DNA from: Halogeometricum borinquense DSM 11551
Lineage (GTDB): Archaea > Halobacteriota > Halobacteria > Halobacteriales > Haloferacaceae
Assembly: GCF_000172995.2 (NCBI RefSeq)
Contig: NC_014729.1
Coordinates: 1,410,001-1,442,000 of the forward strand
Length of the DNA: 32,000 nucleotides
Direction: 5' to 3'
The notes below the pieces were generated by a model. That model was not told the origin of the DNA, did not search any database, and saw only the letters and a program-made list of their open reading frames with translations. This document shows, piece by piece, positions 23,426 to 32,000 of the stretch. The stretch's first letter is position 1. Each line of letters begins with the position of its first letter. A program made the position numbers and the translations under genes.

Positions 23426-26400
23426 TCGGCCAGCATTTCGACCGGATGCGGTGGTTCCGTTTCGTCGTCTCTGTCGCCGAGTTGCGACCGACACGACGCC
23501 CCCGGCGCGACGACCATCTCGCCGTCGGCGTTCTCCACTTGGTCGTAGAGAATTTCGCCGATAGCCTTCGACATCGAGTAGTGTTCGGCCTCGTAGCCGA
23601 ACGACCCCGCCATCCCGCAACAGGTCGAGTCCAGTGGGTCCACGCGGTAGCCCGCCCGGCGCAGGACGCCGACGGCGTGGTGATCTTTCTTCGTGGACTT
23701 CTGGTGGCAGTGGCCGTGGTAGGTCAGCGACGCCGACGCGTCGTTCGTCTCCACTACGTCGCGTTCGAGGAGGCGGAACGTGTCGAAATACTCCATCACG
23801 CCGTAGGTGTTCGCCGCCACGGCTTCGACATCCTCGCCCGATAACAGGTCGAGATAGTCGTGTTGGAACATTACGGCGTCGGAGGGTTCGACGACGACGA
23901 CATCCCACTCCTCGCGGACGAGTGGTGCGAGCGCCTCGACGTTCTGTCTGGCCTGCTCGCGGGCGCGGTCGATGAACCCCTTCGAGTGCGGCGGTCGCCC
24001 GGACCCGGTGACGCCGTCGGGGATACGAACGTGAACGCCCGCAGCTTCGAGGGCGCGGACTGCGGCTTTCCCCGCCTCAGGGTGGTTGTAGTTCGTGTAA
24101 GTGTCGGGGAACAGCAGTACCTTTGACTCGGCTTGCGCTTCGGGGATACCTGCCCGCCCCCGAGATTTAAACCAGTCAACGAACGACTCACGGCTGAACT
24201 GCGGTAACTCGCGCTCGCGCGAGATGCCGAGCGTCTTCTCCATGAGGAGACGTGCGCCGGGCACGTTCGCGGCGAGGTTCGAGAGCGGTGCAAACGCGCT
24301 CCCGAGTTTCGACAGGGTGTCGATGTTCGCGAACATCTTGTCGCGCAGGCTGGACCCGTTTCGCTGGTGGTACTCGTGGGTCACCTCCGCTTTCATCTTC
24401 GCCATGTCTACACCGCTCGGGCAATCTTTCATGCATCCCTTACAGCCGATACAGAGGTCCGTCACTTCCTCGACGAACTCGTCTTCAAACTGTTCTTCCG
24501 GCGAGAGGTCGCCGCTCATCGCCTGCCGGAGCATGTTCGACCGCCCGCGCGTCGAGAGAATCTCCTCTTCCTCAGCGCGGAACGTCGGACACATGACGCC
24601 GCCTGTCGTCTCCTGTGGACCGCGACACCCACCGCACCCGTGGCAGAGTTCGGCCATTCCCTGAAAGCCGTTCTCGTTCTCCCAGTTCAGCGCGGGATCG
24701 AACCCGGCGTCGAAGTCGTAGTCGGGGGAGAACCGCAGGTGTTCGGTCATCTCGTGTGCTGAGGTGGCGGCCGCTCCCGCGGGTCGTTCCTCGTCGGCTT
24801 GGTAGCCGCAGATGTTTCCCGGATTGAGCAACCAGTCTGGGTCGAACGCCGTCTTCAGGTCGCGGAACGTGGCCCACAACTCGTCGCCGTACAGTTTCCG
24901 GTTCCACTGGGTTCGCGCGCGACCGTCGCCGTGTTCGCCCGAGACTGACCCACCGTACTTCACCACGAGGTCGGTCACTTCGTCGGCGATGGTTTCGTAG
25001 GTTTCCAGCCCTTCGACCGTCTTCGTGTTGACGAGCGGACGGATGTGCAGGACGCCCGGACCGGCGTGGGCGTAGTAGGACGCGAACGTGTCGTGGTCGT
25101 CTAAGATGTCCTGAAAGTCGGAGACGAACGCCGGAAGATTCCCCGCCGGGATGGCGGTGTCCTCGATGTAGGCGATATGCTTGTCGTCGGTCGTCCGCGA
25201 CAGCAGAATGGGGAGACCGGACTTGCGCATCTTCCAGAACTTCGCGCGCGTCTCGGCGTCGTACGCCTCCATCGCGGTGACGGCCGTGTGGGGCTTCGTC
25301 GTCGTCTCCGCCGCGCCCGCCGACGGGTCGGCTTCGCTCTCCCCGTTCGGAACGCGGTCGGCAACGAGATCAGCGACCTGTTGGCGTCCGTGGTCGGCGT
25401 CGTCGGCGTAGAACTCTACGAGAAGAACCGAGTCGGTTCCCTCAGGAAGCATGCCGACAACTTCCTCGAACTCCGGTGTCTCGCGGGCCAAATCGAGGAG
25501 CACGTCGTCCATGACCTCGACGGCCGCCGGGTCGTGTTCGAGAATCGGAGCCACGTCTTCCATCGCGTCGAGTACGTCGTCGTAGGTCAGGAGTGCGACG
25601 GCGGCCGTGTTCGGAACGGGTTCGAGCGAGACGGTGGCTTCGGTGACGATTCCGAGCGTCCCCTCCGATCCTGCGAGCAGTCGCGCGAGATTCACCGTGC
25701 CCGGTTCGCTCTCGGGGTCGATTCCCGAGTCGTCCGGCAGGCGGCGTTCACCGCGCATCTCGTCTACCAGCACATCAAGGTTGTAGCCGGAGACGTTCCG
25801 CTTCAGGTCGGGATAGCGCTCCGAAATCTCGTCGGCTTCGTCGTCCAGAATCCGCGCGACTTCGGCGTAGATTCGCTCTTCTAACGACCCGTCCGGGTCG
25901 CCTTCCTCCCGAAGCGTTTCAACTTCGATTTCACCGAACGTCGTCACCGACCCGTCCGCGAGGACGACTTCGACCGATTCGAGGTAGTAGTCGGTCTTGC
26001 CGTACTTCAGCGAGTGCGCGCCGGTGGAGTTGTTACCGATAGCACCGCCGAGGGCGGATTTGTCGCCCCACGCCGGGTCGGGCGCGAACTTGAGGCCGTG
26101 CGGTTCCAACTCCGCGTTCAGGTCGCCCAGTCGAACGCCCGCTTGTGCTGTCGCCGTAGCAGCGTCGGTGTCCACATCGATGACCCCGTCCATGTGTTTC
26201 ATCAGGTCGAGGACGACGGCTTCGTTCACCGTCTGCCCCGCTAGACTCGTCCCGCCACCGCGGGGGAGAACCGGAATCTCTCGCTTCGAACAGTACTCCA
26301 TCACCGCGACGATGTCCTCGGTCGATTCCGGCATCACCACGCCGATTGGCGTCTGTTCGTACGCCGAGGCGTCCGTCGCGTACAGTTGCCGCGAGTACGT

Positions 26401-26535
26401 GTCGAATCGAATCTCGCCGTCGACGAGCGATTCCAGATCGGAGACGAGTCCCGGGCGCGCTACGTCGTCGCTCACGTAGTCGTAGTTCCCGTCTGCAGCG
26501 GGGTCGGTGGTTCGTTCACGAGCGTTCGATGCCAT
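23413..26535 (-). CDS. dld: Fused FAD-linked oxidase / Fe-S / CCG-domain dehydrogenase (GlcD-GlcF type; probable D-lactate dehydrogenase)
   Basis: 1040 aa. N-terminal FAD_binding_4 region (PRGGGTSLAGQ), two 4Fe-4S motifs (CHGCGGCRGP and CIGCKGCMKDCP) and a C-terminal CCG motif (DSTCCGMAGSFGYE). It sits next to a lactate permease and lutCB. The symbol rests on context and is tentative. Confidence 0.8.
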   Translation of the reverse strand: MASNARERTTDPAADGNYDYVSDDVARPGLVSDLESLVDGEIRFDTYSRQLYATDASAYEQTPIGVVMPESTEDIVAVMEYCSKREIPVLPRGGGTSLAGQTVNEAVVLDLMKHMDGVIDVDTDAATATAQAGVRLGDLNAELEPHGLKFAPDPAWGDKSALGGAIGNNSTGAHSLKYGKTDYYLESVEVVLADGSVTTFGEIEVETLREEGDPDGSLEERIYAEVARILDDEADEISERYPDLKRNVSGYNLDVLVDEMRGERRLPDDSGIDPESEPGTVNLARLLAGSEGTLGIVTEATVSLEPVPNTAAVALLTYDDVLDAMEDVAPILEHDPAAVEVMDDVLLDLARETPEFEEVVGMLPEGTDSVLLVEFYADDADHGRQQVADLVADRVPNGESEADPSAGAAETTTKPHTAVTAMEAYDAETRAKFWKMRKSGLPILLSRTTDDKHIAYIEDTAIPAGNLPAFVSDFQDILDDHDTFASYYAHAGPGVLHIRPLVNTKTVEGLETYETIADEVTDLVVKYGGSVSGEHGDGRARTQWNRKLYGDELWATFRDLKTAFDPDWLLNPGNICGYQADEERPAGAAATSAHEMTEHLRFSPDYDFDAGFDPALNWENENGFQGMAELCHGCGGCRGPQETTGGVMCPTFRAEEEEILSTRGRSNMLRQAMSGDLSPEEQFEDEFVEEVTDLCIGCKGCMKDCPSGVDMAKMKAEVTHEYHQRNGSSLRDKMFANIDTLSKLGSAFAPLSNLAANVPGARLLMEKTLGISRERELPQFSRESFVDWFKSRGRAGIPEAQAESKVLLFPDTYTNYNHPEAGKAAVRALEAAGVHVRIPDGVTGSGRPPHSKGFIDRAREQARQNVEALAPLVREEWDVVVVEPSDAVMFQHDYLDLLSGEDVEAVAANTYGVMEYFDTFRLLERDVVETNDASASLTYHGHCHQKSTKKDHHAVGVLRRAGYRVDPLDSTCCGMAGSFGYEAEHYSMSKAIGEILYDQVENADGEMVVAPGASCRSQLGDRDDETEPPHPVEMLADAVA

Positions 26536-26570
26536 ATGTAGGTAGTCCTCTAGGTGGTTTGGTCTGGTTC

Positions 26571-26577
26571 AAATAAA
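26571..26577 (-). promoter_or_regulatory. TATA-like box (TTTATTT on minus strand) for the dehydrogenase gene
   Basis: The only AT-rich element in the 103-bp gap, about 36-42 nt upstream of ATG 26535. Confidence 0.35.
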
Positions 26578-26638
26578 GACACCCGTAGCGGGTCGTCCGT
26601 TCGGAAGGCGATACGACCGTGCTGTCCGGCGTCAACAT

Positions 26639-28411
26639 TCAGAAGACACCGGGGAACAGCACGTAACTGAACAGGAGCGTCAACAGTCCCGTCGCCGTGC
26701 CGTAGTAGAGCAACGGGATGAGTTCGAGGCGGATGACTCGTCCCTCCTCGCCGACAAGGCCGACCACCGCGAGGGCGGCGACGACGTTGTGAACGGCGAT
26801 GAGGTTGCCGATAGCCCCGCCAACGGCCTGCGCGCCGAGCATCAGAGTTCGCGGGGTGCCGATCTGGTCTGCGACGCCGTACTGGAACGTGCCGAACAGG
26901 ATGTCCGACACCGTGTTCGACCCCGCGAGGAACGCGCCGAACGCGCCCACGAACGCGGCGAAGAACGGATAGATCCCGCCCGCGACGCCGGCCATTCCCT
27001 CAGAGAGGACGATGAGCATGCTGTCGGTGTTCGTCGCAGAACCCGACTGGAGCATGATCTGCACCGTCGCAACGGCGAACAGCAGTGCGATGACGGCCGG
27101 CGCGACTTTCTCTATCGTTTCGGACCATGCGGCCTTTATCTCGGCGCTGTCCATGCCGTGCAGCGGAATCGTGACGAGGTGGACGGCGACGAACACTGCA
27201 CCCGGCAGGTACAGGAGAGCGAAGTCGTTCGTCAGACCCGTCCCGAGGATGGTCTCGTGGACGAACGGAAGCGCAGCGAGGTCGCCCCACGAGATGATGA
27301 ACAGATCCATCGTGACGAACGATTTCACCGGGTCCACGACGCGAGTGACGACGAGGAGCAAGGCGACGAGCGCGTACGGCGTCCACGCCTTCCACAGCGG
27401 CATTCCGGCCGTCGCGGGCATGCTCGATTGGACCGTTCCGCCGTCGGCAGCGACAGCCACGTCGTCCGAAGCGGACTCGCCGGGTTTGATGTCTCCGACC
27501 CAGTGGTCGGGCCACGCCGATTCGGGCGCGAAGTCCCACTCCTCGTCGGGGTGGAAAAAGCCCGCTTTCAGCGCGCTGACGGTCACGAACAGGCCGACCA
27601 TCGATCCGATAAGGCCGGGGAACTCCGGCCCGAGGAAGTACGCGGTCAGGAAGTACGGCACCGAGAACGACGCCCATGCGAACAGTGTAAGCGGCAGGAC
27701 TTCGAGTGCGGGCTTGATAGAGCGCTCTTCGCCGAAAAAGCGCGTCATCATCGCAACGCCGATGAAGGGCAGCACGATGCCCACGACGACGTGATAACTC
27801 GCGGCCCACAAGGCGATGTCAGCGACCCACGTCGAGATGTCCGCGTACGGGCCGTTTCCGACGGCATCGGCCGTGATCGTCTCGACGCTCTCGAAGATGT
27901 CTATCATCCCGATGATGAGTGGCGTGCCGACCGCACCGAACGTGATCGCCATCAGGTTGCCCGTCAGGGCGATCACGACGGCCGCAAGCGGCGGGAAGCC
28001 GAGTCCAACCAGGAGCGGACCGACGATTGCCGCGGGCGTCCCGAAGCCAGCGGCGGCCTCGATGAACGACCCCATCAGGAAGACGAGCAACACCACCTGT
28101 ACGCGACGGTCCTCGCTGACCGAGGCGAATCCGGCGTTGATGGCGTCGAATGCACCTGTCTGTTTGAGCGTGTACAGGAGCAGTATCGCCCCGAAGACGA
28201 TGTAAAGGATGTTCGCCGCAGTGATGAAGCCGTTAATCGTGGCCGCGGCAATCCACGTCCCGTTCATCCCCCACCCGACGACGCCCGCGCCGATGGCGAC
28301 CAGCCACGCCACCGGCATCGTCCGCGTCGCGGGCCAGTAGAACCCGACCATCAGCACCGCGATTGTCAACAGGGGCAAGAGCGCGACGAGTCCGTCCACC
28401 GCACTAACCAT
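26639..28411 (-). CDS. lctP: L-lactate permease (LctP family)
   Basis: About 590 aa and highly hydrophobic, with LctP-type motifs (AAGFGTPAAIVGPLL). The track start at 28426 is a GTG. ATG 28411 (MVSAVDG) is preceded by a GGGGAG SD-like element. Confidence 0.85.
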   Translation of the reverse strand: MVSAVDGLVALLPLLTIAVLMVGFYWPATRTMPVAWLVAIGAGVVGWGMNGTWIAAATINGFITAANILYIVFGAILLLYTLKQTGAFDAINAGFASVSEDRRVQVVLLVFLMGSFIEAAAGFGTPAAIVGPLLVGLGFPPLAAVVIALTGNLMAITFGAVGTPLIIGMIDIFESVETITADAVGNGPYADISTWVADIALWAASYHVVVGIVLPFIGVAMMTRFFGEERSIKPALEVLPLTLFAWASFSVPYFLTAYFLGPEFPGLIGSMVGLFVTVSALKAGFFHPDEEWDFAPESAWPDHWVGDIKPGESASDDVAVAADGGTVQSSMPATAGMPLWKAWTPYALVALLLVVTRVVDPVKSFVTMDLFIISWGDLAALPFVHETILGTGLTNDFALLYLPGAVFVAVHLVTIPLHGMDSAEIKAAWSETIEKVAPAVIALLFAVATVQIMLQSGSATNTDSMLIVLSEGMAGVAGGIYPFFAAFVGAFGAFLAGSNTVSDILFGTFQYGVADQIGTPRTLMLGAQAVGGAIGNLIAVHNVVAALAVVGLVGEEGRVIRLELIPLLYYGTATGLLTLLFSYVLFPGVF

Positions 28412-28588
28412 GCTGTACTCCCCCACAGTCTATGCCAGCCGATACGATTCCAGTTCCGTGCCTGCTACTGTGCATCGTGGAATATCGAACCCAACTATTG
28501 TGATATATATCTATCGTTGATTGCGATTTCTGTCATCGTAGTGTCCGCCACGAACTGCCAGCTTAATTGGCCTCTACACTCGTGTATT

Positions 28589-28605
28589 CGCCGTTCAAAA
28601 CGGCG
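28589..28605. other. Perfect 7-bp stem / 3-nt loop hairpin in the AT-rich intergenic region
   Basis: CGCCGTT-CAA-AACGGCG, followed on the plus strand by the A/T-rich stretch TTAAATATCGAATTT. Confidence 0.4.
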
Positions 28606-28689
28606 TTAAATATCGAATTTGGCTGAGATAGTCGCTGTCTCACGCATTCGTAATATCGCCGAGTTCGACGCGAACGAATGCCGATCAGA

Positions 28690-28775
28690 CCTCTACACAC
28701 GTATTTCATGGGGGTTCATTCGTGTGTCGTGGAGGTTCTTTCGTGTGCAAAGGCTTATGCGCTCGTGTGCAGAGG
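28690..28775. promoter_or_regulatory. Operator-like repeat array upstream of the wHTH regulator
   Basis: CCTCTACACACG (28690-28701) and its inverted copy CGTGTGCAGAGG (28764-28775). TCGTGTG occurs at 28720, 28741 and 28763 (21-22 nt phasing). The direct repeat GGTTCWTTCGTGTG occurs at 28713 and 28734. A further CCTCTACACTCG copy lies at 28571-28582. Confidence 0.5.
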
Positions 28776-28782
28776 GAAAACC

Positions 28783-29397
28783 ATGGGTGAGGAGTCTCGC
28801 GCGCGCCCCAGAAACGAGCATGGGCAGTACGTTGACCGCATCCCGCTCGACCGAGTACTCGGCGTCTTCGAAGAGCGTGAGGACTTCGCTCGGCCACTCA
28901 CCGCTACGGATGTGATGGAGGCGCTGGACTGTTCACGCCGCACCGCACACAACAAACTGAACGAACTCGAAGAACGGGGAGACCTCGCAACGCGGAAAGT
29001 CGGTGCCCGCTCTCGCGTTTGGTGGGTTCCGATGACCGGCCCGGAGGAGTCGCCCAACACAAGGGTCGAAGCGGATCCCACCGACACAGCGGACGCTGCG
29101 CGTCCGACTTCGGACCGTCCGCCCGCCGTCTCGAACGCTATTGCTGACGCGGACTTGCCGGGAAGCGGACCGATGCTCGACGCCCGTCGAGAGGCGTTGG
29201 CGGCGGCGTACGAGTATCTCGCGGACCATCCTGAGGCGAAGAAGGCCGATTTCCTCCGCGACGTGTACCACGACTACCCGGCCGGGTTCGAGTCGGCCGA
29301 AGGCTGGTGGAACGCTATCCAACCGGCGCTGAAACAACTGCCCGGCGTTGACCCGCCCGAAGAACGCGGGCACATCTGGCACTTCCTCGGCGGATAA
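28783..29397 (+). CDS. Winged-helix DNA-binding protein (haloarchaeal wHTH family) with an uncharacterised C-terminal domain
   Basis: ATG 28783 (MGEESRARP) is preferred over the track start at 28678, whose first 35 codons are Cys/His/Val-rich and lie in the AT-rich region. wHTH segment: PLTATDVMEALDCSRRTAHNKLNELEERGDLATRKVGARSRVWWVP. Confidence 0.75.
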   Translation: MGEESRARPRNEHGQYVDRIPLDRVLGVFEEREDFARPLTATDVMEALDCSRRTAHNKLNELEERGDLATRKVGARSRVWWVPMTGPEESPNTRVEADPTDTADAARPTSDRPPAVSNAIADADLPGSGPMLDARREALAAAYEYLADHPEAKKADFLRDVYHDYPAGFESAEGWWNAIQPALKQLPGVDPPEERGHIWHFLGG

Positions 29398-29482
29398 TCT
29401 CTCCCACCTCTCTTCGTGCTATCCGCTGTCGATACCCACGGAATTTATCATAGACCGGGCGAGAGTCACGTTCAACACAGCG

Positions 29483-31306
29483 ATGGACTCCGATTCGGCC
29501 GACGACGAGAACCGACCGCCGTCTCCGGCGGACAGTCCATCCCGGTCGGACGACCGAGAAGACGGACGAAAGGGCGTCTCCGACCACCCTGCGGACGGCG
29601 AAGACGTGTACGCCCCGGAGGTCGAGGGAAGACAGTACCGCGGCACGTGGTTTCTCCCTCTGCGCTACGACGAACTGAAGCAGGCGGGCGAGACCGAGGA
29701 GTACCCGGACCGCGGCGAGGGTGGGGCGTTCCGCCTCACTGACTTACCGCGCGTGCCGCGCGTCGGCCACATCGTCGGGCCGTCGGCTATCATGCTCGGC
29801 GCGTCGCTCGGGAGCGGCGAGACGCTCTTTTGGCCCGTCTTGACCTCGCAGTACGGCTGGACGCTGCTCTGGGCGTTCGTGATCGGCGTTCTCACGCAGT
29901 TCGTCATCAACACGGAACTCCAGCGGTGGACGCTTGCAACCGGCGAGAGCGTCTTCCGCGCGTTCGCCCGCGTGGCCGACTACTGGCCGTGGCTCTTCCT
30001 TGTCGGCGGACTCGTCAGCCTCGGATGGCCGGGATGGGCCGCGGGAGCGGCGAAAGTCGGGACGACGGCGCTCGGTTTGAGTGGTTCCGTCACGCTCGTT
30101 GGCGTGTCTATTGCCGCGTGGAAACTCATCGCCGTCGGGCTGATGGTCCTCATCTGGCTCTCGTATCACGTGTCGTCCGTGATGTACAACGCCGTCGAGG
30201 TGTTCCAGATCGGACTCCTGTTCGTCTCTATCGTCGCCGCCGTTCTGCTCCTCGGCGTTTCGGGGTCGTGGATCGAACTCGCAGACGTGCCGAACGCGGC
30301 GGCGACAGTCGGGCGTCTGCCGCCGGGGATGGATATCGCGGTCTTCCTCGGCGGCCTCGCGTTTGCCGGGGCCGGCGGCTACCTCAACCTCTCGCAGAGT
30401 CTCTGGGCGCGCGAGAAAGGCTACGGCATGGGCAACTACCAAGGGCGCGTAAAGAACCCGTTCCGCGGCGACGACCCCGAACCCATCGAACGCGACGGGT
30501 TCACGTTTCCGCCGACGCGGACGAACCTGAAGCGCTGGCGCGGCTGGTGGCGCGTCGTCCAACTCGAACACCTGCTGACGTTCGTCTTCGGCCTGTTCTT
30601 GGTCGCGCCCGCATTGATGAGCGTCGCCATCCACTACGCGCCGGGAACCACCGCCGACGCCCTGCAAATGTGGTTGACCGATGTCGCTCCGGTTCTCGGT
30701 CCGCTCGGAACCGTCCTCGTATTTCTCGTCCTGTTCGTGGCCCTGTTTACCACCGAATATGCCATCGTCGAGTCGTTCGTCCGCAACAGCGTCGATGCCA
30801 TTTACGAGGTGTACGGCCGCGAAGCTGGATGGGACCTTCAGACCCTCTTTTGGCGCGTTCTCACGGGCTTTTGTCTGTGGGGAATCGCTATCATCCTCCT
30901 CTTTACGTCGCCGTTCGAGGGGCGCGAACCGTTCTTCTTCCTCGTCGTCGGCGCGGCGATGTCAGGTGTGATCATGTGGCCCTACACCGCGCTCGTTCTC
31001 GTGATGAACACGACGCGCCTGCCCGAACACCTCCAACCCGGGTGGACGCGCGTCGTCGCAATGTGGTGGGCATCTGGATTCTACGGCTATTTCAGTGTCC
31101 TGCTCGTCGGCAACACGCTCGTTGAACTCGGAGTCGGAGCGTTCGAGACCGCTCCGACAGTTTTCGGAAGCGGCATCGGTGGATACGCCCTCTGGGCGGT
31201 CTTCCTTATCATCCAGTCGTACGCAGTCGCCCGGTCTGCGACGGCGAAACACCGCGCTGACGGCACCGTCGCCGATGCCGAGTTAGCGAAGGGACGATTC
31301 CCCTGA
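29483..31306 (+). CDS. NRAMP-related transporter with a ~95-aa acidic N-terminal extension
   Basis: ATG 29483 (MDSDSADDEN). The upstream part of the track ORF overlaps the regulator's end. NRAMP-like motifs: GPSAIMLGASLGSGETLFWP and QRWTLATGES. About 11 TM segments. Confidence 0.75.
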   Translation: MDSDSADDENRPPSPADSPSRSDDREDGRKGVSDHPADGEDVYAPEVEGRQYRGTWFLPLRYDELKQAGETEEYPDRGEGGAFRLTDLPRVPRVGHIVGPSAIMLGASLGSGETLFWPVLTSQYGWTLLWAFVIGVLTQFVINTELQRWTLATGESVFRAFARVADYWPWLFLVGGLVSLGWPGWAAGAAKVGTTALGLSGSVTLVGVSIAAWKLIAVGLMVLIWLSYHVSSVMYNAVEVFQIGLLFVSIVAAVLLLGVSGSWIELADVPNAAATVGRLPPGMDIAVFLGGLAFAGAGGYLNLSQSLWAREKGYGMGNYQGRVKNPFRGDDPEPIERDGFTFPPTRTNLKRWRGWWRVVQLEHLLTFVFGLFLVAPALMSVAIHYAPGTTADALQMWLTDVAPVLGPLGTVLVFLVLFVALFTTEYAIVESFVRNSVDAIYEVYGREAGWDLQTLFWRVLTGFCLWGIAIILLFTSPFEGREPFFFLVVGAAMSGVIMWPYTALVLVMNTTRLPEHLQPGWTRVVAMWWASGFYGYFSVLLVGNTLVELGVGAFETAPTVFGSGIGGYALWAVFLIIQSYAVARSATAKHRADGTVADAELAKGRFP

Positions 31307-31403
31307 GCGATCATCGGACGCTCCGTCTTCTCCGGACCGCCGCTGTCTGGTATTGATTGTTCCAACCCGAAAGCAAATGGTCTATTCACAGGTACGCCAC
31401 AGT

Positions 31404-31904
31404 ATGTCAACTGGCACGGTTGCGACGTTCGAAGCGTCTCTCGACCGCCTCGACGTGGACTGGACACACGCGTCGGCGGCCGAGTTCGAGACGGTCCTTC
31501 GGGACGTGTGTTCGGACCCGACCATCGGGGTTCCTCTCACACACGACGTGACACTCCCCGACTGGGTGAATACTGACCCGACACCCGACGACCTTCGCAC
31601 AGCGGCGACGGGTGTCACGGAAGCGGGTCTGGGAATCGCCGACTACGGTAGTGTCGTCTTGCAGGGGACGCCGGACGGCATCGAACCTGTTAGCCTGTTC
31701 AGTGACCGCCACGTAGCGGTCCTTCGGAAGTCGGACATTGCGCCCGGAATGGGTGCGGCGTTCGAGTGGTTGGGCGAGACGTTTCGGACGGGCCATTCCT
31801 CGGCGATCATCGCAACCGGTCCCAGTGCGACCGCCGACATGGGCGCGCTCGTGAAGGGTGCCCACGGTCCCAAAGCGGTTCACGTGGTGATTCTCGATGA
31901 GTGA
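31404..31904 (+). CDS. lutC: LUD-domain protein (lactate utilisation protein C)
   Basis: LUD/YkgG pattern: GVTEAGLGIADYGSVVL ... ATGPSATADMGALVKGAHGPKAVHVVIL. ATG 31404 is preferred over the track start at 31353. Confidence 0.8.
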   Translation: MSTGTVATFEASLDRLDVDWTHASAAEFETVLRDVCSDPTIGVPLTHDVTLPDWVNTDPTPDDLRTAATGVTEAGLGIADYGSVVLQGTPDGIEPVSLFSDRHVAVLRKSDIAPGMGAAFEWLGETFRTGHSSAIIATGPSATADMGALVKGAHGPKAVHVVILDE

Positions 31905-32000
31905 GTCCCGCAAGGCGAAGGCGGCGAAGATTCGCCATCTGATGGAGACTGAAGGCGACGCCATCAACACGAGTACGTCCGGGTTCAACCGCGGCCGCTA
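31897..32000 (+). CDS. lutB: 5' fragment of the probable lactate utilisation Fe-S protein LutB (runs off the window)
   Basis: The ATG at 31897 overlaps the lutC stop (ATGAGTGA). The frame stays open to the window end (MSESRKAKAAKIRHLMETEGDAINTSTSGFNRGR). The identity rests on position after lutC and the N-terminal style only. Confidence 0.45.
   Translation, partial: MSESRKAKAAKIRHLMETEGDAINTSTSGFNRGR

Noticed and set aside
28619-28915. 98-aa TTG-initiated ORF in the lctP-regulator intergenic region
   Set aside because: Trp/Arg/Cys-rich and non-acidic. It runs into the regulator gene in another frame and has no motif support.
1-32000. Search for CRISPR arrays, tRNA/rRNA genes, IS elements, integrases and prophage remnants
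   Set aside because: There are no regularly spaced repeats of CRISPR size and no cloverleaf-like sequences in the few intergenic gaps. No transposase- or integrase-like ORFs are present. The only mobile-element-like signal is the 149-bp repeat-flanked insert at 11856-12025.

Overview
GC-rich, densely coding window. The proteins are strongly acidic and many genes appear leaderless or overlap their neighbour's stop and start codons. I read it as a chromosomal segment of a haloarchaeon (class Halobacteria, Haloferax-like); the taxon is inference. Content from left to right:

- **Intracellular alpha-glucan locus (126-9649):** a giant tandem-GH15 protein on the minus strand, diverging from an unknown beta-sandwich protein, a GH13 alpha-amylase, a divergent 805-aa GH13 enzyme and a small zinc-finger protein.
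- **Co-directional minus-strand block (9643-17196):** a GT75 (plant RGP / UDP-arabinopyranose-mutase-like) gene, a Tat-lipoprotein SBP, a fused permease, an ATPase (iron/thiamine-type ABC importer), then a GT-C membrane glycosyltransferase split by a +1 frameshift. The GT75 gene and the ABC operon carry the same palindrome, TTTAGG-N4-CCTAAA, just upstream of their start codons. A 149-bp hairpin-rich insertion flanked by perfect 21-bp direct repeats sits at the ATPase 3' end.
- **Middle genes (17299-23363):** an HPP-family membrane protein; an MrfA/YprA-type DExH helicase with a DUF1998 zinc domain, diverging from a DCC-oxidoreductase + DUF123 (GIY-YIG-like) gene pair; an HTH/DUF1724 regulator; a class I/II aminotransferase.
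- **Lactate utilisation island (23413-32000):** a GlcD-GlcF-type fused D-lactate dehydrogenase, a lactate permease, a 355-bp AT-rich repeat-laden control region, a winged-helix regulator, an NRAMP-like transporter, lutC and the start of lutB.

I found no rRNA, tRNA, CRISPR array, transposase or integrase. Most other long ORFs in the track are Arg/Pro-rich shadow ORFs typical of high-GC DNA.

The most system-like novelty is the GT75 - ABC importer - GT-C block with its shared operator. I regard it as a hypothesis, not a demonstrated system.
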